64,000 nt of DNA from Escherichia coli. GTDB taxonomy: Bacteria > Pseudomonadota > Gammaproteobacteria > Enterobacterales > Enterobacteriaceae. The position numbers and the translations under genes are program-made. The stretch lies in the NCBI RefSeq assembly GCF_003018235.1, contig NZ_CP027437.1; one strand, given 5' to 3'. The notes beneath the pieces are model-generated. The model was not told where the DNA came from and made no database searches. It saw nothing but the letters and a program-made list of their open reading frames with translations. Below, one piece after another: positions 45,489 to 58,029 of the stretch. Each line of letters begins with the position of its first letter. Within the stretch, counting starts at the first letter, position 1.

Positions 45489-45627
45489 GGACTTTCCTGT
45501 GGAACAGCGTTTAAGCCTTTATCTGCCTATTGTACTCCTGAATCGTCCGGGACGCCTTGATCCCGGACGCAACAATTTAAGACTTTTCACAATAAAATGT
45601 CTGCAAAATTGTCCAAAAGTGGCAATG

Positions 45628-46815
45628 TTATACAATTCGCGCAAAACCGGCGTCCAGATCGGCAATCAGATCGTCGACATCTTCCAGACCAATATGCAGG
45701 CGAATCAAGGTCCCGCTAAAATCGATCTCGCCTTGCGGGCGAATGGCGGCGATATGTTCTGGTTGATTTGCCAGGATCAACGATTCATAACCGCCCCACG
45801 AGTAGGCCATGCTGAATAAACTGAAGTTATCCAGATAGTTCGCCAGCTCTTCATCATTGAGCTTTTTCTTAAGCACAAAGGAAAATAGCCCGCTGCTACC
45901 TGTAAAGTCTCGTTTCCAGAATTCGTGGCCTTTACTGCCAGGCAGAGCAGGGTGGTTAACTCGCGCTACTTGCGGATGTTCTGCCAGCCATTTGGCCACT
46001 TTCAGACTGCTTTCATGATGTTGACGCAAACGCACACCTAATGTGCGCAGGCCACGGCTGGTTATATAGGCGGTATCGGCATCGACCATCTGGCCCATCA
46101 GGTAGGCATTCTCCCGTAGTTGCTCCCAGCAACGGGCATTGCACACCGCAGTGCCAATCATCGCATCTGAATGCCCAACCAGATATTTGGTGGCGGCCTG
46201 AATAGAAACATCGATGCCAAAATCCAGCGCCTTAAACAGCACACCGGCTGCCCAGGTGTTGTCGATCATAATGATGGCATCCGGCACCACACTGCGTACG
46301 GCGGCAACAATCGCCGGAACGTCGTGGACTTCCATGGTGATGGATCCTGGGGATTCCAGAAATACGATTTTGGTGTTTGGCTGTAGATACTTAACGATAT
46401 CGGCACCAATCAGCGGATCAAACCATGATGTCGTTACGCCCAGTTTGCTGAGGATTTTGCTACAGAAATCCTGGCTCGGTTCGTAGGCGGTATTGGTCAT
46501 CAACACATGATCGCCCTGTTCAACAAAAGCAAGAATGGAATTGGCAACCGCAGCCGCCCCGCAAGGAAACAGCACGCAACCTGCGCCACCTTCCAGTTCG
46601 CACATCGCTTCTTGTAATGAGAAGTGCGTTAGCGTTCCGCGCCGTCCATAGAACAACTCGCCATTGGCGCGATTGCGCGTCGCATGTTTTTTGGCTTCCA
46701 CACTGTCAAAGACCAGCGAAGAGGCGCGCTGAATCACGCTATTTACCGCGCCGAGAGTGTATTTTTTGCTGCGTCCTGCATTGACCAGTTGAGTATCAAG
46801 TTGTTTGTCTGCCAT
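45628..46815 (-). CDS. metC: MetC, cystathionine beta-lyase
   Basis: 395 aa from [19 protein letters not shown]...; PLP-enzyme motifs; start at internal Met of the longer ORF. Confidence 0.9.
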   Translation of the reverse strand: MADKQLDTQLVNAGRSKKYTLGAVNSVIQRASSLVFDSVEAKKHATRNRANGELFYGRRGTLTHFSLQEAMCELEGGAGCVLFPCGAAAVANSILAFVEQGDHVLMTNTAYEPSQDFCSKILSKLGVTTSWFDPLIGADIVKYLQPNTKIVFLESPGSITMEVHDVPAIVAAVRSVVPDAIIMIDNTWAAGVLFKALDFGIDVSIQAATKYLVGHSDAMIGTAVCNARCWEQLRENAYLMGQMVDADTAYITSRGLRTLGVRLRQHHESSLKVAKWLAEHPQVARVNHPALPGSKGHEFWKRDFTGSSGLFSFVLKKKLNDEELANYLDNFSLFSMAYSWGGYESLILANQPEHIAAIRPQGEIDFSGTLIRLHIGLEDVDDLIADLDAGFARIV

Positions 46816-46833
46816 GTTGGGATTCCTGTTTTT

Positions 46834-46849
46834 ATACGTCTGGATGTCT
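46834..46849. promoter_or_regulatory. Tandem MetJ-box-like repeats upstream of metC
   Basis: ATACGTCT GGATGTCT resembles tandem AGACGTCT met boxes, about 20-35 bp upstream of the metC start. Confidence 0.4.
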
Positions 46850-46978
46850 AAACTAGCACGAATGAGGTCATGCGCATCCTGAAGAATTGGCATAAAGCAG
46901 AAAAATTTCGCAAAAGGTGTACTGGTGACTTTTTTACTGCGTAAACGCAAAGAAAAGAAAGCAAAGGTACGGCAGTAT

Positions 46979-47003
46979 GCAAATAGTAATGAGAACGACT
47001 ATC
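46979..47003. promoter_or_regulatory. Fur-box-like site upstream of exbB
   Basis: GCAAATAGTAATGAGAACGACTATC resembles the Fur consensus. Confidence 0.35.
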
Positions 47004-47066
47004 AATTCGACGTCGTTTTGATATTATTGTGCGCAGATTTTGTGACTTGCGTCCTGGAGATACACA

Positions 47067-47801
47067 GTGGGTAATAATTTAATGCAGACGGACCTTTCCG
47101 TCTGGGGTATGTATCAGCACGCCGATATTGTTGTTAAGTGCGTGATGATTGGGCTGATTCTGGCCTCCGTAGTCACCTGGGCAATCTTCTTCAGTAAGAG
47201 CGTAGAGTTCTTCAACCAGAAGCGTCGCCTGAAGCGCGAACAGCAACTTCTGGCTGAAGCACGCTCCTTAAACCAGGCCAATGATATCGCCGCTGATTTT
47301 GGTAGCAAAAGCTTAAGCCTGCATTTGCTCAATGAAGCGCAGAATGAGCTGGAACTGTCAGAAGGCAGCGACGATAACGAAGGTATTAAAGAACGTACCA
47401 GCTTCCGTCTGGAGCGTCGGGTCGCCGCAGTAGGTCGTCAAATGGGCCGCGGTAACGGTTATCTGGCAACCATCGGCGCGATTTCGCCGTTCGTTGGTCT
47501 GTTTGGTACGGTCTGGGGCATCATGAACAGCTTTATTGGTATCGCGCAAACGCAGACCACTAACCTGGCAGTCGTTGCGCCGGGTATTGCAGAAGCTCTG
47601 TTAGCAACGGCAATCGGCCTCGTGGCAGCGATTCCGGCGGTCGTTATCTATAACGTATTTGCACGTCAGATTGGCGGCTTTAAAGCGATGCTGGGTGATG
47701 TCGCAGCGCAGGTATTGTTGCTGCAAAGCCGTGACCTGGATCTGGAAGCCAGCGCCGCTGCGCATCCGGTTCGTGTCGCACAAAAATTACGCGCAGGATA
47801 A
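47067..47801 (+). CDS. exbB: ExbB, TonB-system proton channel
   Basis: 244-aa ORF matching ExbB; GTG start. Confidence 0.9.
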   Translation: MGNNLMQTDLSVWGMYQHADIVVKCVMIGLILASVVTWAIFFSKSVEFFNQKRRLKREQQLLAEARSLNQANDIAADFGSKSLSLHLLNEAQNELELSEGSDDNEGIKERTSFRLERRVAAVGRQMGRGNGYLATIGAISPFVGLFGTVWGIMNSFIGIAQTQTTNLAVVAPGIAEALLATAIGLVAAIPAVVIYNVFARQIGGFKAMLGDVAAQVLLLQSRDLDLEASAAAHPVRVAQKLRAG

Positions 47802-47807
47802 TGTCCG

Positions 47808-48233
47808 ATGGCAATGCATCTTAACGAAAACCTCGACGATAACGGCGAAATGCATGATATCAACGTGACGCCGTTTATCGACGTGATGTTGGTTTTGCTG
47901 ATTATCTTTATGGTGGCGGCACCGTTAGCGACGGTAGATGTGAAGGTGAATTTGCCTGCTTCTACCAGCACGCCGCAGCCGCGCCCGGAAAAACCGGTTT
48001 ATCTGTCGGTGAAAGCAGACAACTCGATGTTTATTGGTAACGATCCGGTCACCGATGAAACAATGATTACGGCGTTGAATGCGTTAACCGAAGGCAAGAA
48101 AGACACCACCATCTTCTTCCGAGCGGACAAAACCGTCGATTACGAGACGTTGATGAAGGTAATGGATACGCTGCATCAGGCGGGTTACCTGAAAATAGGT
48201 CTGGTCGGCGAAGAAACTGCGAAAGCGAAATAA
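47808..48233 (+). CDS. exbD: ExbD, TonB-system energy transducer
   Basis: 141-aa ORF matching ExbD. Confidence 0.9.
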   Translation: MAMHLNENLDDNGEMHDINVTPFIDVMLVLLIIFMVAAPLATVDVKVNLPASTSTPQPRPEKPVYLSVKADNSMFIGNDPVTDETMITALNALTEGKKDTTIFFRADKTVDYETLMKVMDTLHQAGYLKIGLVGEETAKAK

Positions 48234-48237
48234 AAAT

Positions 48238-48273
48238 GATGCCCGGTTGCTTTTCACAACCGGGCATTTTTTT
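48238..48273. terminator. Rho-independent terminator between convergent exbD and yghA
   Basis: Stem ATGCCCGGTTG / CAACCGGGCAT followed by TTTTTTT. Confidence 0.7.
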
Positions 48274-49156
48274 AACCTAAATGCTCGCCGCCGCAGACAC
48301 CGTGCACTTCTGCGGTGACGTAGCTCGACTCCTGACTTGCCAGGTAAACATATACAGGGGCCAGTTCCGCCGGTTGCCCCGCACGCTTCATCGGCGTTTT
48401 CTGACCAAACTGCGGGATCTTATCCTGCGTCTGTCCGCCGGAAATTTGCAGTGCTGTCCAGATCGGCCCTGGCGCAACAATATTCACCCGAATACCTTTC
48501 TCTGCGACCTGTTTTGCCAGGCCACGGCTGTAGTTCAGAATCGCCGCCTTCGTAGCCGCATAGTCCAGTAAATGCGGGCTTGGCTGGTATGCCTGGATTG
48601 ACGAAGTGGTGATGATACTGGCACCTTTCGGTAGCAGGGGGATCGCTTCCTGGGTTAGCCAGAACAGCGCGAAAACGTTAATGGCAAAGGTCTTTTGAAA
48701 CTGTTCGCTGGTGAGGTCTGCAATATCAGGAATGGCAACCTGTTTCCCGGCGACCAGCACCATAATATCCAGCCCGCCTAACGCCTTGTGCGCTTCGTGA
48801 ACCAGCGAACGGGCGAATTTCTCATCGCTTAAATCGCCTGGCAGCAGGACGGCTTTGCGTCCGCATTCTTCAATGATCTTTTTCACATCCTGAGCGTCTT
48901 CTTCTTCCACGGGAAGATAACTGATCGCCACGTCAGCCCCTTCACGCGCGTAAGCAATGGCGGCAGCGCGACCGATTCCGGAATCGCCCCCTGTCACCAG
49001 GGCTTTACGATCTTTCAGGCGACCGCTACCAACATAGGTTTTCTCGCCGCAATCCGGCACCGGTGTCATTTTCGCCTGGATGCCTGGCGTCGGTTGTTTC
49101 TGTTTGGGATATTCACCAGTGTAATACTGCGTGGTCGGGTCTTTTAAATGAGACAT
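48272..49156 (-). CDS. yghA: YghA, SDR-family NADP-dependent oxidoreductase
   Basis: 294-aa ORF with Rossmann TGGDSGIG and SDR motifs. Confidence 0.85.
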   Translation of the reverse strand: MSHLKDPTTQYYTGEYPKQKQPTPGIQAKMTPVPDCGEKTYVGSGRLKDRKALVTGGDSGIGRAAAIAYAREGADVAISYLPVEEEDAQDVKKIIEECGRKAVLLPGDLSDEKFARSLVHEAHKALGGLDIMVLVAGKQVAIPDIADLTSEQFQKTFAINVFALFWLTQEAIPLLPKGASIITTSSIQAYQPSPHLLDYAATKAAILNYSRGLAKQVAEKGIRVNIVAPGPIWTALQISGGQTQDKIPQFGQKTPMKRAGQPAELAPVYVYLASQESSYVTAEVHGVCGGEHLG

Positions 49157-49277
49157 CATTTTTCTCCCTTCAGGTTCAACGTCCTTTAAGGGTAGACGCT
49201 CTCGATGCGTTGATAAGGGAACCAGGAAGATCCCTAACCCTCAGAATTATGCGACAAAGGTTTAACGGATATGTTGA

Positions 49278-49841
<564 letters not shown>

Positions 49842-49880
49842 TCTGATTCGGGCGCGGTTCTCGCGCCCGTTATTAACAGA

Positions 49881-50921
49881 TCATTTATCGGAAGACGCCT
49901 GCCACAGATTCAGCTCGCCATCGGCGATATGCTGATCAATCTGCGCCAGCTCCTCGGTGCTAAATGTCAGATTATTCAGCGCCTGCACGTTCTCCTCAAG
50001 TTGCTCCGCGCGGCTGGCACCAATCAATACCGACGTCACGCGATCATCTTTCAGCAACCAGCTTAACGCCATTTGCGCCATTGATTGTCCACGTTGCTGT
50101 GCCATTTCATTTAATAACCGCAGGCTGTTGAGGTTGGCTTCGGTGAGCATTTTCGGCGTCAGACCACGAACTTTATTCCCTTCACGATGCATCCGTGAAT
50201 CTTGCGGAATGCCGTTGAGATATTTCCCGGTCAGCAATCCCTGAGCCAGAGGAGTAAAGGCAATGCAGCCCACGCCGTTATTTTGCAGGGTATCCAGCAG
50301 GCCGCTTTTATCCACCCAGCGGTTCAGTAAATTGTAAGAAGGTTGATGAATTAACAGCGGAATTTTCCACTCGCGCAGTAACTCGACCATTTTTTGCGTC
50401 CGCTCTGGCGAGTAAGAGGAGATCCCGACATACAGCGCCTTACCGCTTTGTACCGCATGGGCCAGCGCAGAGGCGGTTTCTTCCATCGGCGTATTTTCAT
50501 CGACGCGATGAGAGTAAAAGATATCGACATACTCAAGCCCCATACGCTTCAGGCTTTGGTCGAGGCTGGCGAGCAGGTATTTACGTGAACCGCCAGAGCC
50601 GTAAGGGCCGGGCCACATATCGTAGCCAGCCTTGGTAGAGATAATCAGTTCATCGCGATAAGCGGCAAAATCCTCCCGCAGCAGGCGACCAAAGTTCTCT
50701 TCTGCGCTTCCTGGAGGCGGCCCGTAATTGTTGGCTAAATCAAAGTGCGTAATGCCTAAATCAAACGCTTTACGCAGGATCGCACGCTGTGATTCCAGCG
50801 CGTTAACGTGACCGAAATTGTGCCATAAACCGAGCGATAACGCGGGCAGGCGTAAACCGCTTTTTCCGCAATAACGGTACTGCATCTGCCCGTAACGCTC
50901 GGGATTCGCTAACCAGACCAT
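49881..50921 (-). CDS. gpr: Gpr (YghZ), L-glyceraldehyde 3-phosphate reductase (aldo-keto reductase)
   Basis: 346-aa ORF matching YghZ. Confidence 0.9.
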   Translation of the reverse strand: MVWLANPERYGQMQYRYCGKSGLRLPALSLGLWHNFGHVNALESQRAILRKAFDLGITHFDLANNYGPPPGSAEENFGRLLREDFAAYRDELIISTKAGYDMWPGPYGSGGSRKYLLASLDQSLKRMGLEYVDIFYSHRVDENTPMEETASALAHAVQSGKALYVGISSYSPERTQKMVELLREWKIPLLIHQPSYNLLNRWVDKSGLLDTLQNNGVGCIAFTPLAQGLLTGKYLNGIPQDSRMHREGNKVRGLTPKMLTEANLNSLRLLNEMAQQRGQSMAQMALSWLLKDDRVTSVLIGASRAEQLEENVQALNNLTFSTEELAQIDQHIADGELNLWQASSDK

Positions 50922-51074
50922 GACCTCTCCTTTCCACCGTTCAATTTCGAAACAATGTTTCTAGTTTAGCGATTCATCAGCGCGTATCCCGTAGTCTGGC
51001 TCACAGAGTGACGAAAAACTGGGCAAAAACACGTGCTTATGCTTTGCTTAAAAAAACACCAATTGAGGAGTGCA

Positions 51075-51965
51075 ATGATGCCGCGTCTGACCGCTAAAGA
51101 TTTCCCACAAGAGTTGCTGGATTACTACGACTATTACGCTCACGGGAAAATTTCGAAACGTGAGTTCCTCAACCTTGCGGCGAAGTATGCGGTAGGCGGG
51201 ATGACGGCATTAGCGTTGTTTGATTTGCTCAAGCCAAATTATGCGCTGGCGACTCAGGTAGAGTTTACCGACCCGGAAATTGTTGCTGAGTACATCACGT
51301 ATTCTTCACCAAATGGTCACGGCGAGGTGCGGGGTTATCTGGTGAAGCCCGCAAAGATGAGCGGCAAAACGCCAGCCGTAGTGGTGGTGCATGAGAATCG
51401 TGGACTGAATCCGTATATCGAAGATGTGGCACGGCGAGTGGCGAAGGCGGGGTATATCGCCCTGGCACCTGACGGCTTAAGTTCCGTTGGAGGTTATCCG
51501 GGTAATGATGATAAAGGTCGTGAGCTGCAACAGCAGGTTGATCCAACCAAACTGATGAATGATTTCTTTGCCGCAATTGAGTTTATGCAACGCTATCCGC
51601 AAGCGACAGGCAAAGTGGGTATTACCGGATTTTGCTATGGCGGTGGCGTATCGAACGCGGCGGCTGTCGCGTATCCGGAACTGGCCTGCGCGGTGCCGTT
51701 TTATGGTCGACAGGCACCCACCGCCGATGTGGCGAAGATTGAAGCGCCTTTACTGCTGCACTACGCGGAACTGGATACCCGAATCAACGAGGGCTGGCCC
51801 GCTTACGAGGCGGCGTTGAAAGCCAATAATAAGGTCTATGAGGCGTATATCTATCCGGGGGTTAATCACGGATTCCATAATGATTCCACGCCCCGTTATG
51901 ACAAATCTGCCGCCGATCTTGCCTGGCAAAGGACGCTGAAATGGTTCGATAAATATCTCTCCTGA
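51075..51965 (+). CDS. yghX: YghX, dienelactone hydrolase family protein (intact here)
   Basis: 296-aa uninterrupted alpha/beta-hydrolase ORF; GAGGAG RBS upstream of ATG 51075. Confidence 0.8.
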   Translation: MMPRLTAKDFPQELLDYYDYYAHGKISKREFLNLAAKYAVGGMTALALFDLLKPNYALATQVEFTDPEIVAEYITYSSPNGHGEVRGYLVKPAKMSGKTPAVVVVHENRGLNPYIEDVARRVAKAGYIALAPDGLSSVGGYPGNDDKGRELQQQVDPTKLMNDFFAAIEFMQRYPQATGKVGITGFCYGGGVSNAAAVAYPELACAVPFYGRQAPTADVAKIEAPLLLHYAELDTRINEGWPAYEAALKANNKVYEAYIYPGVNHGFHNDSTPRYDKSAADLAWQRTLKWFDKYLS

Positions 51966-52083
51966 TAGGTTTATCTCTTACGGGATTACGTCTTAAACAA
52001 GCATGAAAAAATAGCGTGCGCAAAAGTCGTTCTTTGCCTAAAATATCGCTATATATGGCAATATATAGCGAATGAGGTGAACG

Positions 52084-52371
52084 ATGAATAACCATTTTGG
52101 TAAAGGCTTAATGGCGGGATTAAAAGCAACGCATGCCGACAGTGCGGTTAATGTGACAAAATACTGTGCCGATTATAAACGCGGTTTTGTATTAGGCTAC
52201 TCACACCGGATGTACGAAAAGACCGGAGATCGCCAGCTTAGCGCCTGGGAAGCGGGTATTCTGACGCGCCGCTATGGACTGGATAAAGAGATGGTAATGG
52301 ATTTCTTTCGTGAGAATAATTCCTGTTCTACGTTGCGCTTTTTTATGGCCGGTTATCGCCTCGAAAATTGA
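52084..52371 (+). CDS. yghW: YghW, DUF2623 protein
   Basis: 95-aa ORF in the position of K-12 yghW. Confidence 0.75.
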   Translation: MNNHFGKGLMAGLKATHADSAVNVTKYCADYKRGFVLGYSHRMYEKTGDRQLSAWEAGILTRRYGLDKEMVMDFFRENNSCSTLRFFMAGYRLEN

Positions 52372-52559
52372 TCAAACATACGTATTATCTTGCTTTAATT
52401 AATTACACTAATGCTTCTTCCCTTCGTTTTAGCGCCCCGCCGCAGTATCATGATATCGATAACCATAATAAATGTGTGGTAAATGGCGCATCGATCGCAT
52501 TATTGATTTTGCGATTGAGGCAAAATATATGCCAGGTCTTCGCAACGGAATAACTATAA

Positions 52560-53678
52560 ATGACTGGAGATAACACCCTCATCCATTCTCACGGCATTAA
52601 CCGTCGTGATTTCATGAAGCTTTGTGCAGCATTAGCCGCCACCATGGGGTTAAGTAGCAAAGCCGCGGCAGAGATGGCCGAATCGGTTACTAACCCGCAG
52701 CGTCCGCCAGTTATCTGGATTGGCGCGCAGGAGTGTACCGGTTGTACGGAATCTCTGCTTCGTGCAACGCATCCAACGGTAGAAAACCTCGTGCTGGAGA
52801 CTATCTCTCTGGAATATCACGAAGTGCTTTCCGCCGCCTTCGGTCATCAGGTCGAAGAGAACAAACATAACGCTCTCGAGAAGTACAAAGGGCAGTATGT
52901 GTTAGTGGTGGATGGTTCCATCCCATTAAAAGATAATGGTATTTATTGCATGGTTGCCGGTGAGCCGATTGTGGATCACATCCGCAAAGCGGCGGAAGGC
53001 GCAGCAGCCATTATCGCTATCGGTTCCTGCTCTGCGTGGGGCGGTGTTGCCGCGGCTGGGGTTAACCCAACTGGCGCAGTCAGCCTGCAAGAAGTTCTGC
53101 CTGGCAAAACCGTTATCAACATTCCGGGCTGCCCGCCGAACCCGCACAACTTCCTCGCGACCGTTGCGCACATTATCACTTACGGCAAGCCGCCGAAACT
53201 GGATGACAAAAACCGTCCGACCTTCGCCTATGGCCGTCTGATTCACGAACACTGTGAACGTCGCCCGCACTTCGATGCTGGTCGCTTTGCGAAAGAGTTC
53301 GGCGACGAAGGCCACCGTGAAGGCTGGTGCCTGTACCACCTCGGCTGTAAAGGGCCAGAAACTTACGGCAACTGCTCAACGCTGCAATTCTGCGACGTTG
53401 GCGGCGTGTGGCCGGTGGCGATTGGTCACCCGTGCTATGGCTGTAACGAAGAAGGTATCGGCTTCCATAAAGGCATCCATCAGCTTGCCAACGTCGAAAA
53501 TCAGACTCCGCGTTCACAGAAACCGGACGTTAACGCTAAAGAAGGCGGCAACGTCTCTGCGGGCGCTATTGGTTTGCTCGGCGGTGTGGTTGGGCTGGTT
53601 GCCGGTGTCAGCGTGATGGCGGTGCGTGAACTGGGTCGTCAGCAAAAGAAAGATAACGCTGACTCACGGGGAGAATAA
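52560..53678 (+). CDS. hybO: HybO, hydrogenase 2 small subunit
   Basis: 372-aa ORF with Tat signal NRRDFMK and FeS cysteine clusters. Confidence 0.95.
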   Translation: MTGDNTLIHSHGINRRDFMKLCAALAATMGLSSKAAAEMAESVTNPQRPPVIWIGAQECTGCTESLLRATHPTVENLVLETISLEYHEVLSAAFGHQVEENKHNALEKYKGQYVLVVDGSIPLKDNGIYCMVAGEPIVDHIRKAAEGAAAIIAIGSCSAWGGVAAAGVNPTGAVSLQEVLPGKTVINIPGCPPNPHNFLATVAHIITYGKPPKLDDKNRPTFAYGRLIHEHCERRPHFDAGRFAKEFGDEGHREGWCLYHLGCKGPETYGNCSTLQFCDVGGVWPVAIGHPCYGCNEEGIGFHKGIHQLANVENQTPRSQKPDVNAKEGGNVSAGAIGLLGGVVGLVAGVSVMAVRELGRQQKKDNADSRGE

Positions 53679-53680
53679 CC

Positions 53681-54667
53681 GTGAACAGACGTAATTTTAT
53701 TAAAGCAGCCTCCTGCGGGGCATTGCTGACGGGCGCGTTGCCGTCTGTCAGTCATGCGGCTGCTGAAAACCGCCCGCCAATTCCGGGATCGCTGGGGATG
53801 TTGTACGACTCGACCTTGTGCGTAGGCTGCCAGGCTTGCGTCACCAAGTGTCAGGATATCAACTTCCCTGAACGTAACCCGCAAGGGGAACAGACCTGGT
53901 CGAACAACGACAAACTGTCGCCGTATACCAATAACATCATTCAGGTGTGGACCAGCGGCACGGGTGTCAACAAAGACCAGGAAGAGAACGGCTACGCGTA
54001 CATTAAGAAACAGTGTATGCACTGCGTCGATCCGAACTGTGTCTCCGTGTGTCCGGTCTCTGCGCTGAAAAAAGATCCGAAAACCGGCATTGTCCATTAC
54101 GACAAAGATGTGTGCACTGGCTGCCGTTACTGCATGGTCGCCTGCCCATACAACGTGCCGAAGTACGACTACAACAACCCATTTGGTGCGCTGCATAAGT
54201 GTGAACTGTGCAACCAGAAAGGTGTGGAACGTCTTGATAAAGGCGGTCTGCCTGGCTGCGTAGAAGTGTGCCCGGCGGGCGCGGTGATTTTTGGTACGCG
54301 TGAAGAGCTGATGGCTGAGGCGAAAAAACGTCTGGCGCTGAAGCCAGGCAGCGAATACCACTATCCGCGTCAGACGCTGAAATCTGGCGACACTTACCTG
54401 CATACGGTGCCGAAATATTATCCGCATCTGTACGGCGAGAAAGAGGGCGGCGGTACTCAGGTTCTGGTACTGACCGGTGTGCCTTACGAAAATCTCGACC
54501 TGCCGAAACTGGACGATCTTTCTACCGGTGCGCGTTCCGAAAATATTCAACACACCCTGTATAAAGGCATGATGCTACCACTGGCTGTGCTGGCGGGCTT
54601 AACCGTGCTGGTTCGTCGCAACACCAAAAACGACCATCACGACGGAGGAGACGATCATGAGTCATGA
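53681..54667 (+). CDS. hybA: HybA, hydrogenase 2 ferredoxin-type 4Fe-4S subunit
   Basis: 328-aa ORF with several CxxCxxCxxxCP motifs and Tat-like signal. Confidence 0.95.
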
Positions 54668-55835
54668 TCCACAACCGCTGGGCGGCAAAATCATCAGTAA
54701 ACCGGTCATGATTTTTGGACCGTTAATCGTCATCTGTATGCTCCTGATTGTGAAGCGTCTGGTGTTCGGTCTGGGCTCTGTCTCTGACCTGAACGGCGGC
54801 TTCCCGTGGGGCGTGTGGATCGCGTTTGACCTGCTGATTGGCACCGGCTTTGCCTGTGGCGGCTGGGCGCTGGCGTGGGCGGTATACGTCTTTAACCGTG
54901 GGCAATACCATCCGCTGGTGCGTCCGGCGCTGTTGGCGAGTCTGTTTGGTTACTCACTGGGTGGCTTGTCGATCACTATCGACGTGGGTCGCTACTGGAA
55001 CCTGCCGTACTTCTACATTCCGGGTCACTTCAACGTGAACTCGGTACTGTTCGAGACGGCGGTCTGTATGACCATCTATATCGGCGTGATGGCACTGGAG
55101 TTTGCTCCGGCACTGTTTGAACGTCTGGGCTGGAAGGTGTCGCTACAGCGTCTGAACAAGGTGATGTTCTTCATCATTGCACTTGGCGCGCTGCTGCCGA
55201 CTATGCACCAGTCTTCAATGGGGTCGCTGATGATCTCGGCGGGCTACAAGGTGCATCCGCTGTGGCAGAGCTATGAAATGTTGCCGCTGTTCTCGCTGCT
55301 GACGGCGTTCATAATGGGCTTCTCGATTGTCATCTTTGAAGGTTCGCTGGTGCAGGCGGGTCTGCGTGGCAACGGTCCGGATGAAAAGAGTCTGTTCGTT
55401 AAGCTGACCAACACCATCAGTGTGTTGCTGGCGATTTTCATCGTGCTGCGCTTTGGCGAGCTTATCTATCGCGACAAGCTGTCGTTAGCGTTTGCCGGTG
55501 ACTTCTATTCCGTGATGTTCTGGATTGAAGTCCTGCTGATGCTCTTCCCGCTGGTCGTTCTGCGTGTGGCGAAGCTGCGTAATGATTCCCGCATGCTGTT
55601 CCTGTCAGCACTGAGCGCGCTGTTAGGTTGTGCAACCTGGCGTCTGACCTATTCGCTGGTGGCATTCAACCCGGGCGGCGGTTACGCCTACTTCCCGACC
55701 TGGGAAGAACTGTTGATTTCTATTGGTTTTGTGGCTATTGAGATTTGCGCTTACATCGTACTCATTCGTCTACTGCCGATACTTCCTCCTTTAAAACAAA
55801 ACGATCATAATCGTCATGAGGCGAGCAAAGCATGA
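54657..55835 (+). CDS. hybB: HybB, hydrogenase 2 integral membrane subunit
   Basis: 392-aa polytopic membrane ORF. Confidence 0.95.
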
Positions 55836-57535
55836 GCCAGAGAATTACTATTGATCCGGTAACCCGTATTGAGGGGCATTTACGCATCGATTGCGAAATC
55901 GAAAATGGCGTCGTTTCGAAAGCATGGGCTTCCGGTACCATGTGGCGCGGCATGGAAGAGATCGTGAAAAACCGCGATCCGCGCGATGCATGGATGATTG
56001 TGCAACGTATCTGTGGCGTATGTACTACCACTCACGCGCTGTCTTCCGTTCGTGCGGCAGAGAGTGCGCTGAATATCGACGTTCCGGTTAACGCGCAATA
56101 CATCCGTAACATCATTCTGGCTGCGCACACCACGCATGACCATATCGTTCATTTCTATCAACTTTCGGCGCTGGACTGGGTGGACATCACTTCTGCACTG
56201 CAAGCTGACCCAACCAAAGCCTCCGAAATGCTGAAAGGCGTTTCGACCTGGCATCTGAACAGTCCGGAAGAGTTCACTAAAGTTCAGAACAAGATCAAAG
56301 ATCTGGTTGCCAGCGGTCAGTTGGGAATTTTCGCCAATGGCTACTGGGGTCACCCGGCGATGAAACTGCCGCCGGAAGTGAACCTGATTGCGGTAGCGCA
56401 CTACCTGCAGGCGCTGGAGTGCCAGCGTGACGCTAACCGCGTCGTGGCGCTGCTGGGCGGTAAAACGCCGCACATTCAGAACCTGGCAGTAGGTGGGGTC
56501 GCTAACCCGATCAACCTCGACGGTCTGGGCGTGCTGAATCTTGAGCGTCTGATGTACATCAAGTCCTTCATCGACAAGCTGAGCGACTTTGTTGAGCAGG
56601 TTTATAAGGTTGATACCGCGGTTATCGCCGCGTTCTACCCGGAATGGCTGACGCGCGGTAAAGGTGCGGTGAACTACCTGAGCGTGCCGGAATTCCCGAC
56701 CGACAGTAAAAACGGCAGCTTCCTGTTCCCGGGCGGCTACATTGAGAATGCGGATCTGTCCTCGTATCGTCCGATCACTTCTCATTCCGATGAATACCTG
56801 ATCAAAGGCATTCAGGAAAGCGCGAAGCACTCCTGGTATAAAGACGAAGCGCCGCAGGCACCGTGGGAAGGCACCACCATTCCGGCTTATGATGGTTGGT
56901 CTGACGACGGGAAATATTCCTGGGTGAAATCACCGACTTTCTACGGCAAAACGGTAGAAGTGGGTCCGCTGGCTAATATGCTGGTGAAACTGGCGGCAGG
57001 TCGCGAATCTACCCAGAATAAACTGAATGAAATCGTTGCGATTTATCAGAAACTGACTGGCAACACGCTGGAAGTGGCGCAGCTGCACTCCACGCTGGGC
57101 CGTATTATTGGTCGTACCGTTCACTGCTGCGAATTGCAGGATATCCTGCAAAATCAATACAGTGCACTGATCACCAATATCGGCAAAGGCGATCACACCA
57201 CCTTTGTTAAGCCGAACATTCCGGCAACGGGTGAGTTCAAAGGTGTTGGCTTCCTCGAAGCGCCGCGCGGTATGCTCTCTCACTGGATGGTGATCAAAGA
57301 CGGTATTATCAGTAACTACCAGGCAGTTGTTCCATCAACCTGGAACTCTGGCCCGCGTAACTTCAATGATGACGTCGGTCCTTACGAGCAGTCGCTGGTG
57401 GGTACACCGGTTGCCGATCCGAATAAACCGCTGGAAGTGGTGCGTACCATTCACTCCTTCGACCCGTGCATGGCCTGTGCGGTACACGTAGTGGATGCCG
57501 ACGGCAACGAAGTGGTTTCAGTGAAGGTTCTGTAA
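55832..57535 (+). CDS. hybC: HybC, hydrogenase 2 large [NiFe] subunit
   Basis: 567-aa ORF with N-terminal RICGVC and C-terminal DPCMACAVH nickel-binding motifs. Confidence 0.95.
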   Translation: MSQRITIDPVTRIEGHLRIDCEIENGVVSKAWASGTMWRGMEEIVKNRDPRDAWMIVQRICGVCTTTHALSSVRAAESALNIDVPVNAQYIRNIILAAHTTHDHIVHFYQLSALDWVDITSALQADPTKASEMLKGVSTWHLNSPEEFTKVQNKIKDLVASGQLGIFANGYWGHPAMKLPPEVNLIAVAHYLQALECQRDANRVVALLGGKTPHIQNLAVGGVANPINLDGLGVLNLERLMYIKSFIDKLSDFVEQVYKVDTAVIAAFYPEWLTRGKGAVNYLSVPEFPTDSKNGSFLFPGGYIENADLSSYRPITSHSDEYLIKGIQESAKHSWYKDEAPQAPWEGTTIPAYDGWSDDGKYSWVKSPTFYGKTVEVGPLANMLVKLAAGRESTQNKLNEIVAIYQKLTGNTLEVAQLHSTLGRIIGRTVHCCELQDILQNQYSALITNIGKGDHTTFVKPNIPATGEFKGVGFLEAPRGMLSHWMVIKDGIISNYQAVVPSTWNSGPRNFNDDVGPYEQSLVGTPVADPNKPLEVVRTIHSFDPCMACAVHVVDADGNEVVSVKVL

Positions 57536-58029
57536 TGCGTATTTTAGTCTTAGGGGTCGGCAATATTTTGCTGACCGATGAAGCCATCGGCGTGCGGATT
57601 GTCGAAGCGTTAGAGCAACGATACATTCTGCCGGATTATGTTGAGATCCTCGATGGCGGCACGGCGGGAATGGAGCTGCTTGGCGACATGGCAAATCGCG
57701 ATCATCTGATTATTGCGGATGCCATTGTGTCGAAAAAGAACGCGCCGGGAACGATGATGATCCTGCGGGATGAAGAAGTTCCGGCGTTGTTTACCAACAA
57801 AATCTCTCCGCATCAGCTTGGCCTGGCCGACGTATTGTCGGCCCTGCGCTTCACCGGTGAGTTTCCGAAAAAGCTGACGCTGGTCGGCGTGATCCCGGAA
57901 TCGCTGGAGCCGCACATCGGCTTAACGCCGACGGTCGAAGCGATGATTGAACCTGCGCTTGAGCAGGTTCTGGCTGCGCTGCGCGAATCAGGCGTGGAAG
58001 CCATCCCACGGGAGGCGACTCATGACTGA
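57535..58029 (+). CDS. hybD: HybD, hydrogenase 2 maturation endopeptidase
   Basis: 164 aa from MRILVLGVGNILLTDE...; ATG overlaps the hybC stop. Confidence 0.9.
   Translation: MRILVLGVGNILLTDEAIGVRIVEALEQRYILPDYVEILDGGTAGMELLGDMANRDHLIIADAIVSKKNAPGTMMILRDEEVPALFTNKISPHQLGLADVLSALRFTGEFPKKLTLVGVIPESLEPHIGLTPTVEAMIEPALEQVLAALRESGVEAIPREATHD

Noticed and set aside
52368-52553. 61-aa plus-strand ORF in the hyb promoter region
   Set aside because: No RBS; sits in the AT-rich regulatory region upstream of hybO, where promoter elements are expected.
53639-54553. 304-aa minus-strand ORF inside hybA
   Set aside because: Antisense to hybA; Arg/Val/Phe-rich spurious translation.
55880-56830. 316-aa minus-strand ORF inside hybC
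   Set aside because: Antisense to the hydrogenase large subunit gene; no RBS and no recognisable domain.
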